Positions 1 through 10,183 are shown, numbered from the stretch's first letter. The stretch: DNA of 64,000 nt from an uncultured Lachnospiraceae bacterium (GCA_964475115.1 CAYYVJ010000001.1:8809-72808), one strand, 5' to 3'. Translations and numbers: made by a program. Notes: generated from the sequence alone by a model not told the origin.

Positions 1-1216
1 AAAGCCATTCAGCAATTGTAAGGTCATTGTCAAATTCTTCTGAGTTGTCTTTTGGGAAGTAAGCCTGACTTGTGGTGATTCCCCACTTATAAGATCCTTC
101 ATCTGCCTCCATCTCACCTGCTAAAATTTTAAATAAAGTAGTTTTTGCAAGTTCATTTGAACCGACAAAAGCAATTTTATCACCATGATTTACAATAAAA
201 GAAATATTATCAAGTATCTTAACCCCATCAATTGTTTTAGATAGATTTTCTACAGTTAAAACTTCATTTCCGATTTCGCGTTCAGGTCTAAAGTCGATAT
301 AAGGATATTTTCTACTAGAAGGCCTAATATCATCTAGTTCAATTTTCTCTAATGCTTTTTTTCTAGAAGTAGCTTGCTTTGACTTAGATGCATTTGCACT
401 AAATCTCTGAATAAAATCTTGAAGCTCTTTAATTTTGTCTTCTTTTTTCTTGTTAGCATCCTTCATTTGTTTTACTAATAACTGACTTGATTCATACCAG
501 AAATCATAGTTACCAGCATAAAGCTGAATTTTTGCATAATCAATATCAGCAGTATGAGTACACACTTTATTTAAGAAATAACGGTCATGTGATACTACAA
601 TAACTGTATTTTCAAAGTTAATCAAAAATTCTTCTAGCCAAGCAATTGCATCTAGATCCAAATGGTTTGTAGGCTCATCCAAAAGAAGAATATCAGGATT
701 TCCAAATAAAGCTTGAGCTAATAGAACTTTTACCTTTTCAGAACCAGTTAAATCTTTCATTGACTTATGGTGTAATTCTGTGTCAATTCCAAGTCCATTT
801 AATAAGATTCCAGCATTTGATTCGGCTTCCCAACCATCCATGTCAGCAAATTCTGCTTCTAAATTACTAGCGGCTATTCCATCTTCTTCTGTAAAATCTT
901 CTTTTGCGTAAATAGCATCTTTCTCTTTCATGATTTCATAGAGACGTGCATTTCCTATAATTACAGTATCCATAACAGAATAATTATCAAATTTGAAATG
1001 ATCCTGCTGTAAAAAGGATAAACGCTGACCAGGAGTGATGATTATATCACCGTTTGTAGGTTCTAATTGTCCTGATAATATCTTTAGAAATGTTGACTTT
1101 CCGGCGCCATTTGCACCAATTAAGCCGTAACAGTTTCCTTCCGTAAATTTAATATTTACATCCTCAAATAAGGCTTTTTTTCCAATTCTTAATGTTATAT
1201 TACTTGCGCTAATCAT
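1..1216 (-). CDS. ABC-F family ATPase (tandem NBDs, no membrane domain); C-terminus lies beyond the window edge
   Basis: Absent from the ORF track because it runs off the window. Hand translation from the ATG at 1216-1214 gives MISASNITLRIGKK...GLIGANGAGKST (Walker A), LLLDEPTNHLD (Walker B), a charged linker, then a second NBD starting GDKIAFVGSNELAKTT. Confidence 0.85.
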   Translation of the reverse strand, partial: MISASNITLRIGKKALFEDVNIKFTEGNCYGLIGANGAGKSTFLKILSGQLEPTNGDIIITPGQRLSFLQQDHFKFDNYSVMDTVIIGNARLYEIMKEKDAIYAKEDFTEEDGIAASNLEAEFADMDGWEAESNAGILLNGLGIDTELHHKSMKDLTGSEKVKVLLAQALFGNPDILLLDEPTNHLDLDAIAWLEEFLINFENTVIVVSHDRYFLNKVCTHTADIDYAKIQLYAGNYDFWYESSQLLVKQMKDANKKKEDKIKELQDFIQRFSANASKSKQATSRKKALEKIELDDIRPSSRKYPYIDFRPEREIGNEVLTVENLSKTIDGVKILDNISFIVNHGDKIAFVGSNELAKTTLFKILAGEMEADEGSYKWGITTSQAYFPKDNSEEFDNDLTIAEWL

Positions 1217-1465
1217 TTTAACTACCTTTCTCTACTCAACTCTATAAAAGTACCATTTCTATTTTACAGTAAATATAACATTTTGCAAGTAATATTTATA
1301 AAACATAGTATTTCTTAGATATAAGTATAAATCTGCATGGTAAAAAGATGTGTGATAATTCCGACAACTTGAATTTAAGAGTGCAAATTATTGAATATAA
1401 GGAAGAATAATGTTATAATGTGATTATTCATATAGAAAATTCTTAAAATCAAATGGAGACAAATT

Positions 1466-4030
1466 ATGGGGCAGAAGATGAAAGGGTTTGGAAAATGTAA
1501 TGTGCTTAGTATAATTCTAATGAGTTTCGTGGTTCTTTTTACCACAGCTTTTGTGAAAGCGGATTTAAGTGAAGCAAGAGTTCTCTTTATTAGCTCTTAT
1601 AGTGAAAGTTTCAGTACTGTACCGGAGCAAATTAAAGGTTTAAAAGAGGTTTTTAATGCGAATAGAATTTCCATGGATATTGAGTATATGGATGCCAAAA
1701 GATTTCACCATTCAGATGACGTGGAATTGTTTTATAATCTTATCGCATATAAAATGAATAAGCTTGAACCATACGATGTGATTGTAGTAGGAGATGATAA
1801 TGCTCTACAATTTGCCATGGACTATCAGGAAGAACTGTTTTCAGAGATTCCTATTGTTTTTTTAGGAATCAATGATTTTGATAGAGCCAATTTGGCTGTA
1901 AAAGAAGGAAATTTTTCAGGTATAATAGAAAAGGCTCCTTTAGATAAAAATATTGAACTTGCTCTAACTTTTAATCCGAAAGCTAGGAAAGTAATTGGCA
2001 TCGTAGACAATACTTTAACTGGATTAGGTGATATCCAACAGTTTTATGCTTTGGTTCCATTGTTTCCAGATTTAATCTTTGAGACTATAAATAGTTCGGA
2101 ATATACTTTAGGAGATATTGCATATAAGTTAAATGCAATAGAAGATGATGCGATTGTATTTTATCATAGTATGGCTGTGGATAAAAAAGGGGTACAACTT
2201 TCCGTAGAAGATGCCGCATCTTTTATACATAAAAATACGAAGGTACCTGTTTATTGTACTTTTTCTGGTGGAATAGGAAATGGTCTTTTAGGTGGAAGAA
2301 TGATATCATACTTTGAAACAGGACGTGCTGCAGCTAGGATGGTTATAGATATATTAAATGGAGTATCAATCCAAAATATTGATATGATAGATGAGAGTCC
2401 TAACCAATATTTTTTTGACTATAATATAATTAAAGAGTATGGAATGAATGAAAATGTTATACCAGAAGATGCGATTTTTATAAATAAAGAAATAAGTTTT
2501 TTTGAAGAATACAGAGAATATGTTCTAGCTGCTGCTATCTTAGGCCTACTATTGTTAACCATATCGGTTATATTGGCTATCGATAATGTTAGAATAAGAA
2601 AAGCTGAGAGAGATTTATGGAAAAGCAACGAAGAACTTGCTGCTACATACGAAGAATTGACAGCACAAGAAGAAGAGCTTCGTGCTCAATATAATACGAT
2701 TCAAGAACACCTTGAGGATATTCAGGATTTAAATAAGAAAAATGACAGATTAGCCAGGTATGATTACTTGACCAACTTACCAAATAGAAATGAGTTTATC
2801 ACTGTAATAAGAGAAGAAATAGAAAAAAAGAAGCCGTTTGCACTTATTCTTTTGGACATAGATAACTTTAAGAAAATAAATGATTCTTTAGGACATGTAT
2901 ATGGTGATGAAATTTTAAAAGAAGTAGCAAAGAGATTTAGAGAAATTATGGATGAAAAAATCTTTATTTCAAGATTTGGTGGAGATGAATTTCTTCTTTT
3001 GATAAACAAAAAAAATGAAGAAGAAATAATTGAAAAATATATCAAGAAAATATTAGAAGTATTTAAAAATGTGTTTATACAAGGAACAAAAGAAAATTAC
3101 CTTAGTTGTAGTATTGGTGTGGCACTTTACCCTCAAGATGGTCTAGATATCAATCAATTAATGATGAATGCCGATACTGCCATGTATAAGGTTAAGCAGA
3201 GTGGAAGAAATAATTATATGTTCTATAATGATGAGATGAAGAGAGAACTTAAAAAAAGAGTGGGGATGGAATCCATTTTAAGAGAAGCTCTTAAGCAGAA
3301 TGGTTTTAAATTATTATATCAACCAAAGGTTGAGGTTCAAACTGGAAAAATTTCTGGATTTGAAGCCTTGCTAAGACTAAAAGACCATAATATATCACCA
3401 GCTTATTTTATAGAAATTGCAGAAGAGTCAGATCTTATACTTGATATTAGTAGATGGGTGACGAAAGAAACGATAGAAGAATTGTCAAGATGGAGGGCGA
3501 AAGGGTTTGATTTGAAACCAATAAGTATAAACTTTTCGGCGAAACAATTGAGAGATTTAGAATATACCCAATTTCTGAAGGATGTTCTAAAGGAAAATAA
3601 AATAGAAGCAAAATTTTTAGAAATTGAAATTACAGAAAATATTTTGCTTGAAGATACAGTAAATACAATGGATTATTTAAATGAATTAAGAAATTTCGGA
3701 GTGAAAATTGTTTTAGATGACTTTGGCACAGGTTATTCTTCGATTAATTATCTTACATTTCTTTCTGTTGAAAGGGTTAAATTAGATAAGTCATTATGCG
3801 ATCGTTTTCTTGAATATAATAACACCAATGTTATTGATAGTATTATTTCTCTTGTTCATGGCTTGGATATGGAAATTACAGCAGAAGGAATTGAAAAAAC
3901 GGAGCACTACTATAGATTGAGAGATGCAGGGTGTGATTATATACAAGGATACCTTTTTAGTAAACCAATCGATGTGGAAGAGATAGATAAAATATATAAC
4001 AACAATATGTTTGTAAGACTAAACCCATAG
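1466..4030 (+). CDS. Membrane-anchored diguanylate cyclase/phosphodiesterase (GGDEF-EAL) with an N-terminal extracytoplasmic solute-binding-like sensor domain
   Basis: Signal/TM segment, about 330 aa periplasmic-type domain, second TM, coiled coil, then RFGGDEF, EALLRL, DDFGTGYSS, EGIE and QGY motifs. GGAG lies 7 nt upstream of the ATG. Confidence 0.88.
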   Translation: MGQKMKGFGKCNVLSIILMSFVVLFTTAFVKADLSEARVLFISSYSESFSTVPEQIKGLKEVFNANRISMDIEYMDAKRFHHSDDVELFYNLIAYKMNKLEPYDVIVVGDDNALQFAMDYQEELFSEIPIVFLGINDFDRANLAVKEGNFSGIIEKAPLDKNIELALTFNPKARKVIGIVDNTLTGLGDIQQFYALVPLFPDLIFETINSSEYTLGDIAYKLNAIEDDAIVFYHSMAVDKKGVQLSVEDAASFIHKNTKVPVYCTFSGGIGNGLLGGRMISYFETGRAAARMVIDILNGVSIQNIDMIDESPNQYFFDYNIIKEYGMNENVIPEDAIFINKEISFFEEYREYVLAAAILGLLLLTISVILAIDNVRIRKAERDLWKSNEELAATYEELTAQEEELRAQYNTIQEHLEDIQDLNKKNDRLARYDYLTNLPNRNEFITVIREEIEKKKPFALILLDIDNFKKINDSLGHVYGDEILKEVAKRFREIMDEKIFISRFGGDEFLLLINKKNEEEIIEKYIKKILEVFKNVFIQGTKENYLSCSIGVALYPQDGLDINQLMMNADTAMYKVKQSGRNNYMFYNDEMKRELKKRVGMESILREALKQNGFKLLYQPKVEVQTGKISGFEALLRLKDHNISPAYFIEIAEESDLILDISRWVTKETIEELSRWRAKGFDLKPISINFSAKQLRDLEYTQFLKDVLKENKIEAKFLEIEITENILLEDTVNTMDYLNELRNFGVKIVLDDFGTGYSSINYLTFLSVERVKLDKSLCDRFLEYNNTNVIDSIISLVHGLDMEITAEGIEKTEHYYRLRDAGCDYIQGYLFSKPIDVEEIDKIYNNNMFVRLNP

Positions 4031-4052
4031 AATAACAATTCTATGGGTTTTT
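4024..4052 (+). terminator. Rho-independent terminator after the GGDEF-EAL gene
   Basis: CCCATAGAAT-aaca-ATTCTATGGG followed by TTTTT. The stem overlaps the TAG stop codon. Confidence 0.8.
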
Positions 4053-4081
4053 ATGCTGTATCAAGGCATTTTCTTTGTTTT

Positions 4082-4708
4082 TTAGGAAAGTCGTTCCTTT
4101 ATATCAATATAAGACTTTACAAGCTCGACGCATTTCTCAAATCCTAATTCACTGCTATTTAAACAAATATCATAATTTTTCACATTATCCCACTCACGTC
4201 CAGTAAAGTAAGAATAATATTCAGCACGATGCTTGTCGATACTTAAGATCTTTTTTTCAGCGTCCTTTTCAGAGATGGAAGAGATATCAAGAACATTCTT
4301 AATACAACTTTCCATAGGTGCATGAACAAAAATGCGTGTTACATTTTTATAATCCTTTAAGACAAAGTCAGCGCATCTACCAACAATTACACAAGATTCG
4401 GTTTCTGCTAGCTCACGTATTACTTTTGCCTGATAATTAAACAAATTATCATTGGATACAAAATCGTCACTATCGGGGGGAATCAATTCACCATTGTATA
4501 TCTTTCTTGCTATTTTATAGAGTAAACTAGATTTTAATTTTTCATCTGCTTTACCAAATAGTTCTTCATTAATACCACTATCATCTGATGCAAGCCTCAA
4601 TAATTCCCTGTCATAATAGTGAATTCCTAAAGCATCTGCAAGCATTTTTCCGATTGTTCGTCCACCACTACCGTAACCTCTTGCTATGGTAATAACATAG
4701 TTTTCCAT
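4082..4708 (-). CDS. Cytidylate kinase-like family protein (P-loop)
   Basis: N-terminal ITIARGYGSGGRTIGKMLA P-loop typical of the clostridial cytidylate-kinase-like family. It is the last gene of the liv transcription unit. Confidence 0.65.
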   Translation of the reverse strand: MENYVITIARGYGSGGRTIGKMLADALGIHYYDRELLRLASDDSGINEELFGKADEKLKSSLLYKIARKIYNGELIPPDSDDFVSNDNLFNYQAKVIRELAETESCVIVGRCADFVLKDYKNVTRIFVHAPMESCIKNVLDISSISEKDAEKKILSIDKHRAEYYSYFTGREWDNVKNYDICLNSSELGFEKCVELVKSYIDIKERLS

Positions 4709-4718
4709 AACAAACCTC

Positions 4719-5429
4719 CTATTCGCCTAAATAAGCTTTTTTAACAGAATCATCATTCATTAGTTCTTTGGCATTACCTGATAAAACAATATTACCAGTT
4801 TCTAAAACATATGCCTTATTAGCAATACTTAGTGCCTTCTTGGCATTTTGTTCTACTAAAAGTACAGTTGTACCGCTTTCACTAATTTCTTTTATTATGT
4901 TAAAGATTTCTGAAACAAAAATTGGAGAAAGTCCCATAGAAGGCTCATCCATAAGAATGATTTTAGGGTGAGACATAAGTGCTCTACCCATAGCCAGCAT
5001 TTGCTGTTCTCCTCCACTCAAGGTTCCTGCTACCTGACTTTTTCTTTCTTCTAATCTTGGGAATCGTGAAAATACTTTTTCCAAGGTATCAGAAATTTCT
5101 TTTTTATCACTTCTAGTATATGCTCCTAATTTTAGATTTTCAAGTACGGATAAACTAGAAAAAATTCTTCTTCCTTCTGGAACGTGTGCCATTCCAAGTG
5201 AAACGATTTTATGAGCAGGAGTCTTTAATAAATCTTTTCCTTCAAAAGTAATGCTTCCGCCTGTAGCTGGAACCAAACCAGTGATGGTATGAAGAATAGT
5301 AGTCTTTCCAGCACCATTTGCACCAATTAAGGCAATAACTTCTCCTTGATTCACATCAAAAGAGATGCCCTTTATCGCTTGGATTACTCCATAATAAACC
5401 TGTAAATCTTTTATTTCTAACATTGCCAT
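4719..5429 (-). CDS. livF: Branched-chain amino acid ABC transporter ATP-binding protein
   Basis: GANGAGKTT Walker A, LSGGEQQML signature, ILMDEPSMGL Walker B. Position is after livG. Confidence 0.9.
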   Translation of the reverse strand: MAMLEIKDLQVYYGVIQAIKGISFDVNQGEVIALIGANGAGKTTILHTITGLVPATGGSITFEGKDLLKTPAHKIVSLGMAHVPEGRRIFSSLSVLENLKLGAYTRSDKKEISDTLEKVFSRFPRLEERKSQVAGTLSGGEQQMLAMGRALMSHPKIILMDEPSMGLSPIFVSEIFNIIKEISESGTTVLLVEQNAKKALSIANKAYVLETGNIVLSGNAKELMNDDSVKKAYLGE

Positions 5430-5439
5430 AGTGCACCTC

Positions 5440-6198
5440 CTATTCTCCTAAATAAGCTGTTATTACTTTTGGATCATTTAAAACGACTTCAGGTTCTCCT
5501 GATGCTAGTTCTGTACCAAAGTTAAGTACGGTCAGTTTTTCACAGATACCTGCCACGAGTTTCATATCATGTTCTATTAATAAGATAGTTATATCAAATT
5601 TTTCTCTTATAAGGCTGATGGTTTTCATTAGATCAGCTGTTTCGTTTGGATTCATTCCAGCTGCGGGTTCATCCAAAAGTAATAGTTTAGGACTAGTAGC
5701 TAAAGCCCTAGCAATTTCTAATTGACGTTGCTTTCCATAAGGTAAATTAGAAGCTTTTAAGTTAGCTTCCTTTTCCATATCGAATACTGCAAGGAGCTCC
5801 ATGGCTCTTTCATCCATTTGTTTTTCCCCAGCATAATAGGAAGGGAGTCTTAATACGCTGGCAAGGGTTGAGTATTGAACTTGATTTTGAAGAGCTGTTT
5901 TAACGTTATCTAAAACAGATAAGTTTTTAAATAGACGTATATTTTGAAAAGTTCTTCCAATCCCATCTTGATTAATTTGAGTTGGATTTTTGCCAACCAT
6001 GTTCTTTGCGTCTAAAAAAATAGTACCATCTGTAGGTTGATAAACACCAGTTAATATATTAAAGATAGTGGTTTTTCCAGCACCATTAGGGCCAATCAAA
6101 CCATAAAGTTGTCCTTTTTCAATTGAAATATTAAAATTATCAACAGCACGCAAACCTCCAAAGGAGATTCCTAAGTTTTTAACTTCTAATAATGCCAT
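5440..6198 (-). CDS. livG: Branched-chain amino acid ABC transporter ATP-binding protein
   Basis: GPNGAGKTT, LPYGKQRQLEIARAL, LLLDEPAAGM. LivG-type C-terminal extension ending AYLGE. Confidence 0.9.
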   Translation of the reverse strand: MALLEVKNLGISFGGLRAVDNFNISIEKGQLYGLIGPNGAGKTTIFNILTGVYQPTDGTIFLDAKNMVGKNPTQINQDGIGRTFQNIRLFKNLSVLDNVKTALQNQVQYSTLASVLRLPSYYAGEKQMDERAMELLAVFDMEKEANLKASNLPYGKQRQLEIARALATSPKLLLLDEPAAGMNPNETADLMKTISLIREKFDITILLIEHDMKLVAGICEKLTVLNFGTELASGEPEVVLNDPKVITAYLGE

Positions 6199-6201
6199 AT
6201 C

Positions 6202-7233
6202 TTATTCTCCTTTCTTTTGACTTGCCTGAGATTTTGATAGCTTTCCAAATATTTGATTTCTAAAAGCAGTAATTTTTTCATTAGAGCTTGTCAACATAAG
6301 AACAATTAATACAATGGAATAGAGTAATTGCCTATAATCAGCTGCATCACGAAGTAACTCTGGTAAAATTGTAAGAACAATAGCGGCAAGAATGGAACCT
6401 TTTATATTGCCCATACCACCAAGTACAACAATTACTAGAAGATCAATCGATTTGTTATAACCAGCTTCACTAGGAAAAAGCGTACCTTGATTATGAGCAT
6501 GAACAACACCAGCGATTCCTGCAAAAAAGGCTCCTAATGTAAAAGCAAGTAATTTATAACGTGATAGGTTTATTCCGATTGACTGAGCTGCAATATGGTT
6601 TTCACGAACAGACAGAATTGCTCTACCTTGCTTTGAATTAATTAAGTTTGCAATAATTACAATTGTTACGATCATGATAATAAAGGAATAGGTGAAATTC
6701 TTATAATTTGTATAAGTAGTAATACCGCTTAATCCTGCAGCACCATTGGTAATTTTCAAATTTTCACAAATAGATCGAACGATTTCTCCAAATGCGAGAG
6801 TAACAATAGCAAGATAATCACCAGTTAAGCGAAGAACTGGAATTCCAATTAGGATTCCAGCTAAAGCCGCAAAAAAACCACCAACTAAAACTGCAAGTAT
6901 AATTAAAATTGGTATAGGAAGTTGAATAGAAGATGCTTCTATATATTTTGTAAATAAAGCGCCTGCATATGCACCTATCATCATAAATCCTGCATGCCCT
7001 AAAGATAATTCGCCTAAAAAGCCTGTAACTAAATTTAAAGAAACAGCAAGAGTTATATTTACGGCAATTAAAACAAGTATGCTTCGATACTGTCTTAGTA
7101 ATAAATCTTGACTTACTACAATGTAAATTAGTAAATAAACGAGTATTGTAGAAATCAAAACAGAAATATTCTTTTTGTTAATTGGACTATAGCTTGTAGT
7201 TTTATTTTTTTCTAATTTCCTCATAATAATCAC
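6202..7233 (-). CDS. livM: Branched-chain amino acid ABC transporter permease
   Basis: Polytopic membrane protein with the LivM-type LSLGHAGFMMIGAY motif. It is tightly packed between livH and livG. Confidence 0.88.
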   Translation of the reverse strand: MIIMRKLEKNKTTSYSPINKKNISVLISTILVYLLIYIVVSQDLLLRQYRSILVLIAVNITLAVSLNLVTGFLGELSLGHAGFMMIGAYAGALFTKYIEASSIQLPIPILIILAVLVGGFFAALAGILIGIPVLRLTGDYLAIVTLAFGEIVRSICENLKITNGAAGLSGITTYTNYKNFTYSFIIMIVTIVIIANLINSKQGRAILSVRENHIAAQSIGINLSRYKLLAFTLGAFFAGIAGVVHAHNQGTLFPSEAGYNKSIDLLVIVVLGGMGNIKGSILAAIVLTILPELLRDAADYRQLLYSIVLIVLMLTSSNEKITAFRNQIFGKLSKSQASQKKGE

Positions 7234-7237
7234 CCAC

Positions 7238-8113
7238 CTATACTTTCTCAGTTTTATGCTTCCCTAATAGTCCAGTAGGTCTAAAAAGTAACACAATAAT
7301 AAGGGTACCAAACACAATTGCATTGGAAAGCTGAGTAGGTAAATACGTTTTAGATAAACTTTCTATTAAACCTAGCAGTAGGCCTCCTAACATTGCTCCA
7401 GGAATGCTACCTATTCCACCTAATACTGCAGCAACAAAGGCTTTGATACCTACTAATGAACCCATCGTAGGATAAATGTAAACATATGAACTGGAAAAAA
7501 GAATACCTGCTATAGCTGCTAAAGCAGAACCAATCGCAAAAGTCATAGAGATTGTTCTATTTACATCAATTCCCATAAGCTGTGCAGCATCTCTATCTTC
7601 GGAAACTGCTAACATAGCACTGCCGGCCTTTGTTTTAGAAATAAAGACGGTTAAGGCAATCATGCATATACTTGCAACAGATAAAATCAATATAGTTTGT
7701 CCAGGAATTACAAGATCTCCAAGGGTAATAGAAGGAATATCAAAAGAAACAGGAAATGTTTTCTTTGATGAAGTGAAAATTAAAAGGCTAGCACTTTGTA
7801 AAAAGTAACTAACACCAATTGCTGTTATTAAAACAGAAAGAGGTGTTGATTTCCTAAGTGGTTTGTATGCAACCTTTTCTATTAGAACACCTAATAGCGC
7901 ACAGGCAATGATTCCTACTATAAGGGAGATGATTATGGGAAGGTTAAGTAATGCGATACAGATCCATACGATATAAGCCCCTACCATAATAATATCACCA
8001 TGAGCAAAATTTATCATTTTAGCAATACCATATACCATGGTGTATCCAAGAGCAATTAAAGCATAAATACTTCCGGCATTCAATCCATTCACAAGTTGGG
8101 ATAATAATTTCAT
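7238..8113 (-). CDS. livH: Branched-chain amino acid ABC transporter permease
   Basis: LivH-type MKLLSQLVNGLNAGSIYALIALGYTMVYG N-terminus. The ORF track starts at 8161, but the ATG at 8113 has AAAAGAGGTGG just upstream. Confidence 0.88.
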   Translation of the reverse strand: MKLLSQLVNGLNAGSIYALIALGYTMVYGIAKMINFAHGDIIMVGAYIVWICIALLNLPIIISLIVGIIACALLGVLIEKVAYKPLRKSTPLSVLITAIGVSYFLQSASLLIFTSSKKTFPVSFDIPSITLGDLVIPGQTILILSVASICMIALTVFISKTKAGSAMLAVSEDRDAAQLMGIDVNRTISMTFAIGSALAAIAGILFSSSYVYIYPTMGSLVGIKAFVAAVLGGIGSIPGAMLGGLLLGLIESLSKTYLPTQLSNAIVFGTLIIVLLFRPTGLLGKHKTEKV

Positions 8114-8191
8114 ATGTCCACCTCTTTTAACGATAATTTGTAAGTTTTTAATATCATACACTTTGTCGAGTCAAATTGCAATAATTAAGAA

Positions 8192-8236
8192 AGATTACTT
8201 TTTGTCAGTTGATATAATATTGACAAAAAGTAATCT
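8192..8236 (-). promoter_or_regulatory. Intercistronic stem-loop between the binding-protein gene and the permease genes
   Basis: Perfect 16-bp inverted repeat AGATTACTTTTTGTCA (8192-8207) / TGACAAAAAGTAATCT (8221-8236) with a 13-nt loop. Confidence 0.6.
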
Positions 8237-8285
8237 TCATATTTTCTAACTATAAATCATTTCAAACACTATGTTTTGATGCCTA

Positions 8286-9425
8286 TTAGTTATATGCTTG
8301 ATATTCACCATTTGTTATTACGATTAATTTAGCATCTTTATTAGGTTCACCTTCTGGTGTGAAAGTCATATTTCCTGTTACACCATCTACCTCGATTTCA
8401 GTCATTGCTTTAATTAAATCAGCACTTTCTGTTGAGTTTGATTTTTCAATGGCAGCTTTAATTACATAAACACCATCATAAGCATCAGCTGCGAATTGAT
8501 CAGGGGTAGTACCATATGCCGCTTGGTATTTAGTTACGAAATTCTGAACATTTTCGGCAGAATCAGATGCAATAAAAGGACTAAGGAAAATGGCTCCTTC
8601 TGCTAAAGAAGGATCTTCTAATTGACCAAGTACACCATCCCAACCATCTCCACCAATAAATGGAAGATTAAGCTCTTGCTGAGCCGCTTGGTTTAGAATA
8701 GAAGCAACATCTTGGTAATATGCAGGGATAAATAATACGTCTGCATTTGAAGCTTTAATATTTGTTAATTGAGTGTTAAAATCCACATCACCAGATGTAA
8801 AGGATTCATTTGCTACAATTGTCCCGCCATTTGCTTCTAATTGTGCAATAAAGGCATCAGCCATACCTTTACTATAATCACTAGCAACATCGTATAGTAA
8901 AGCAACATTTTTATAACCTAAAGTATTAACTGTGAAATCGGCCATAGTAACACCTTGAAGTGGATCTGTGAAACAAATTCTAAAAGCATTGTCATACTTT
9001 GTACAGTCTAAAGCTGATCCAGAAGGTGTAAGCTGTAGAATGCCATCTTCTTTGGTTAATTCGGTAATAGCAATTGTAGAACCACTAGTAACATTACCTA
9101 AAATTACGTCTACTCCTTCATCCATTAACTTATTGTAAGCAGAAATAGCAGGTTGGGCTTCTGCCTCATCATCTAAATAATTAAGTGCAAATTCCATTCC
9201 ATTTACTCCACCTGCTTCGTTAATTTCTGCAATTGCAACTTCAGCACCTTGCTTTACTGAAATACCATATGAAGCAGCATCTCCTGTAAGTGGGCCAGAT
9301 CCACCAAGAGTAAATACTTTCTTATCACCACCTGCTGTAGGTGCTTTTCCCGCACAGCTTGCTACTGCAGCAACGGTCACTAGGGTAACAAGACTTAAAC
9401 TAAATAATCTTTTGAATTTTCTCAT
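8286..9425 (-). CDS. livJ: Branched-chain amino acid ABC transporter substrate-binding lipoprotein
   Basis: Lipobox AAVASCAG, then a type-I periplasmic binding fold (GPLTGDAASYG). It is the first gene of the operon. Confidence 0.88.
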   Translation of the reverse strand: MRKFKRLFSLSLVTLVTVAAVASCAGKAPTAGGDKKVFTLGGSGPLTGDAASYGISVKQGAEVAIAEINEAGGVNGMEFALNYLDDEAEAQPAISAYNKLMDEGVDVILGNVTSGSTIAITELTKEDGILQLTPSGSALDCTKYDNAFRICFTDPLQGVTMADFTVNTLGYKNVALLYDVASDYSKGMADAFIAQLEANGGTIVANESFTSGDVDFNTQLTNIKASNADVLFIPAYYQDVASILNQAAQQELNLPFIGGDGWDGVLGQLEDPSLAEGAIFLSPFIASDSAENVQNFVTKYQAAYGTTPDQFAADAYDGVYVIKAAIEKSNSTESADLIKAMTEIEVDGVTGNMTFTPEGEPNKDAKLIVITNGEYQAYN

Positions 9426-9637
9426 ACTAGTTCCTCCTCTATTTTTTACGCATCGCGTAAAATCTTTTCATTGTTAAAAAATACAAAAAAGATAAATTTG
9501 CCTTTTATATAAAATACCCTGTTACTGTAAAACTGTCAACTGCTAAATTGAATAATTAATAAATTTTATTTACAAAAACATTCTATTTGGTTATAATAAG
9601 GACATAGCCCATTAATACACAAAAGGAGGTTTCACCT

Positions 9638-10183
9638 ATGAATGTATATGATATTGTTTTAAAAGATAATAAAGGTAATGCTGTTAACCTTGAAGAGTAT
9701 AAGGGAAAAGTAGTATTGATTGTAAATACAGCAAGTAAATGTGGATTTACTCCTCAATATGATGGATTGGAAAAATTATATAAGAAATATAAAGATAAAG
9801 GATTGGTAATATTAGGATTTCCTTCAAATCAATTTTTAGAGCAGGAACCAGGAGCAGATAATGAAATATTAGAATTTTGCCGAACCAACCATGGTGTAAC
9901 ATTCCCGCTTTTTGCTAAATCTGATGTCCGTGGTGAAAACATCAATCCACTGTTTAAACATTTGATTAAAGAAGCTCCATTTAAAGGATTTGAAGTAGAA
10001 AAAGAGTCTGGAAGACACATAGAGGATGTAGTAAAAAGACATTATCCTGAAAATCTAGAGGGGGATGAAGTTAAATGGAACTTTACTAAATTCCTAGTGG
10101 CAAAGGATGGAAAAACGATAACAAGATATGAACCAACTACAACACCTGAAGAGTTGGAGCCAGTTATAGAAGCAGCTTTATAA
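9638..10183 (+). CDS. Glutathione peroxidase family protein, long BtuE-like form (Cys-type)
   Basis: NTASKCGFTPQY peroxidatic Cys, FPSNQF, KWNFTKFLV. It carries a loop about 24 aa longer than the paralogue at 54274. Confidence 0.88.
   Translation: MNVYDIVLKDNKGNAVNLEEYKGKVVLIVNTASKCGFTPQYDGLEKLYKKYKDKGLVILGFPSNQFLEQEPGADNEILEFCRTNHGVTFPLFAKSDVRGENINPLFKHLIKEAPFKGFEVEKESGRHIEDVVKRHYPENLEGDEVKWNFTKFLVAKDGKTITRYEPTTTPEELEPVIEAAL

Noticed and set aside
9426-9637. T-box, CodY box or riboswitch in the liv operon leader
   Set aside because: The leader is about 90 nt and AT-rich. It has no specifier or T-box sequence. The nearest CodY-like string (AATGAAAAGATTTTA) has too many mismatches to AATTTTCWGAAAATT.
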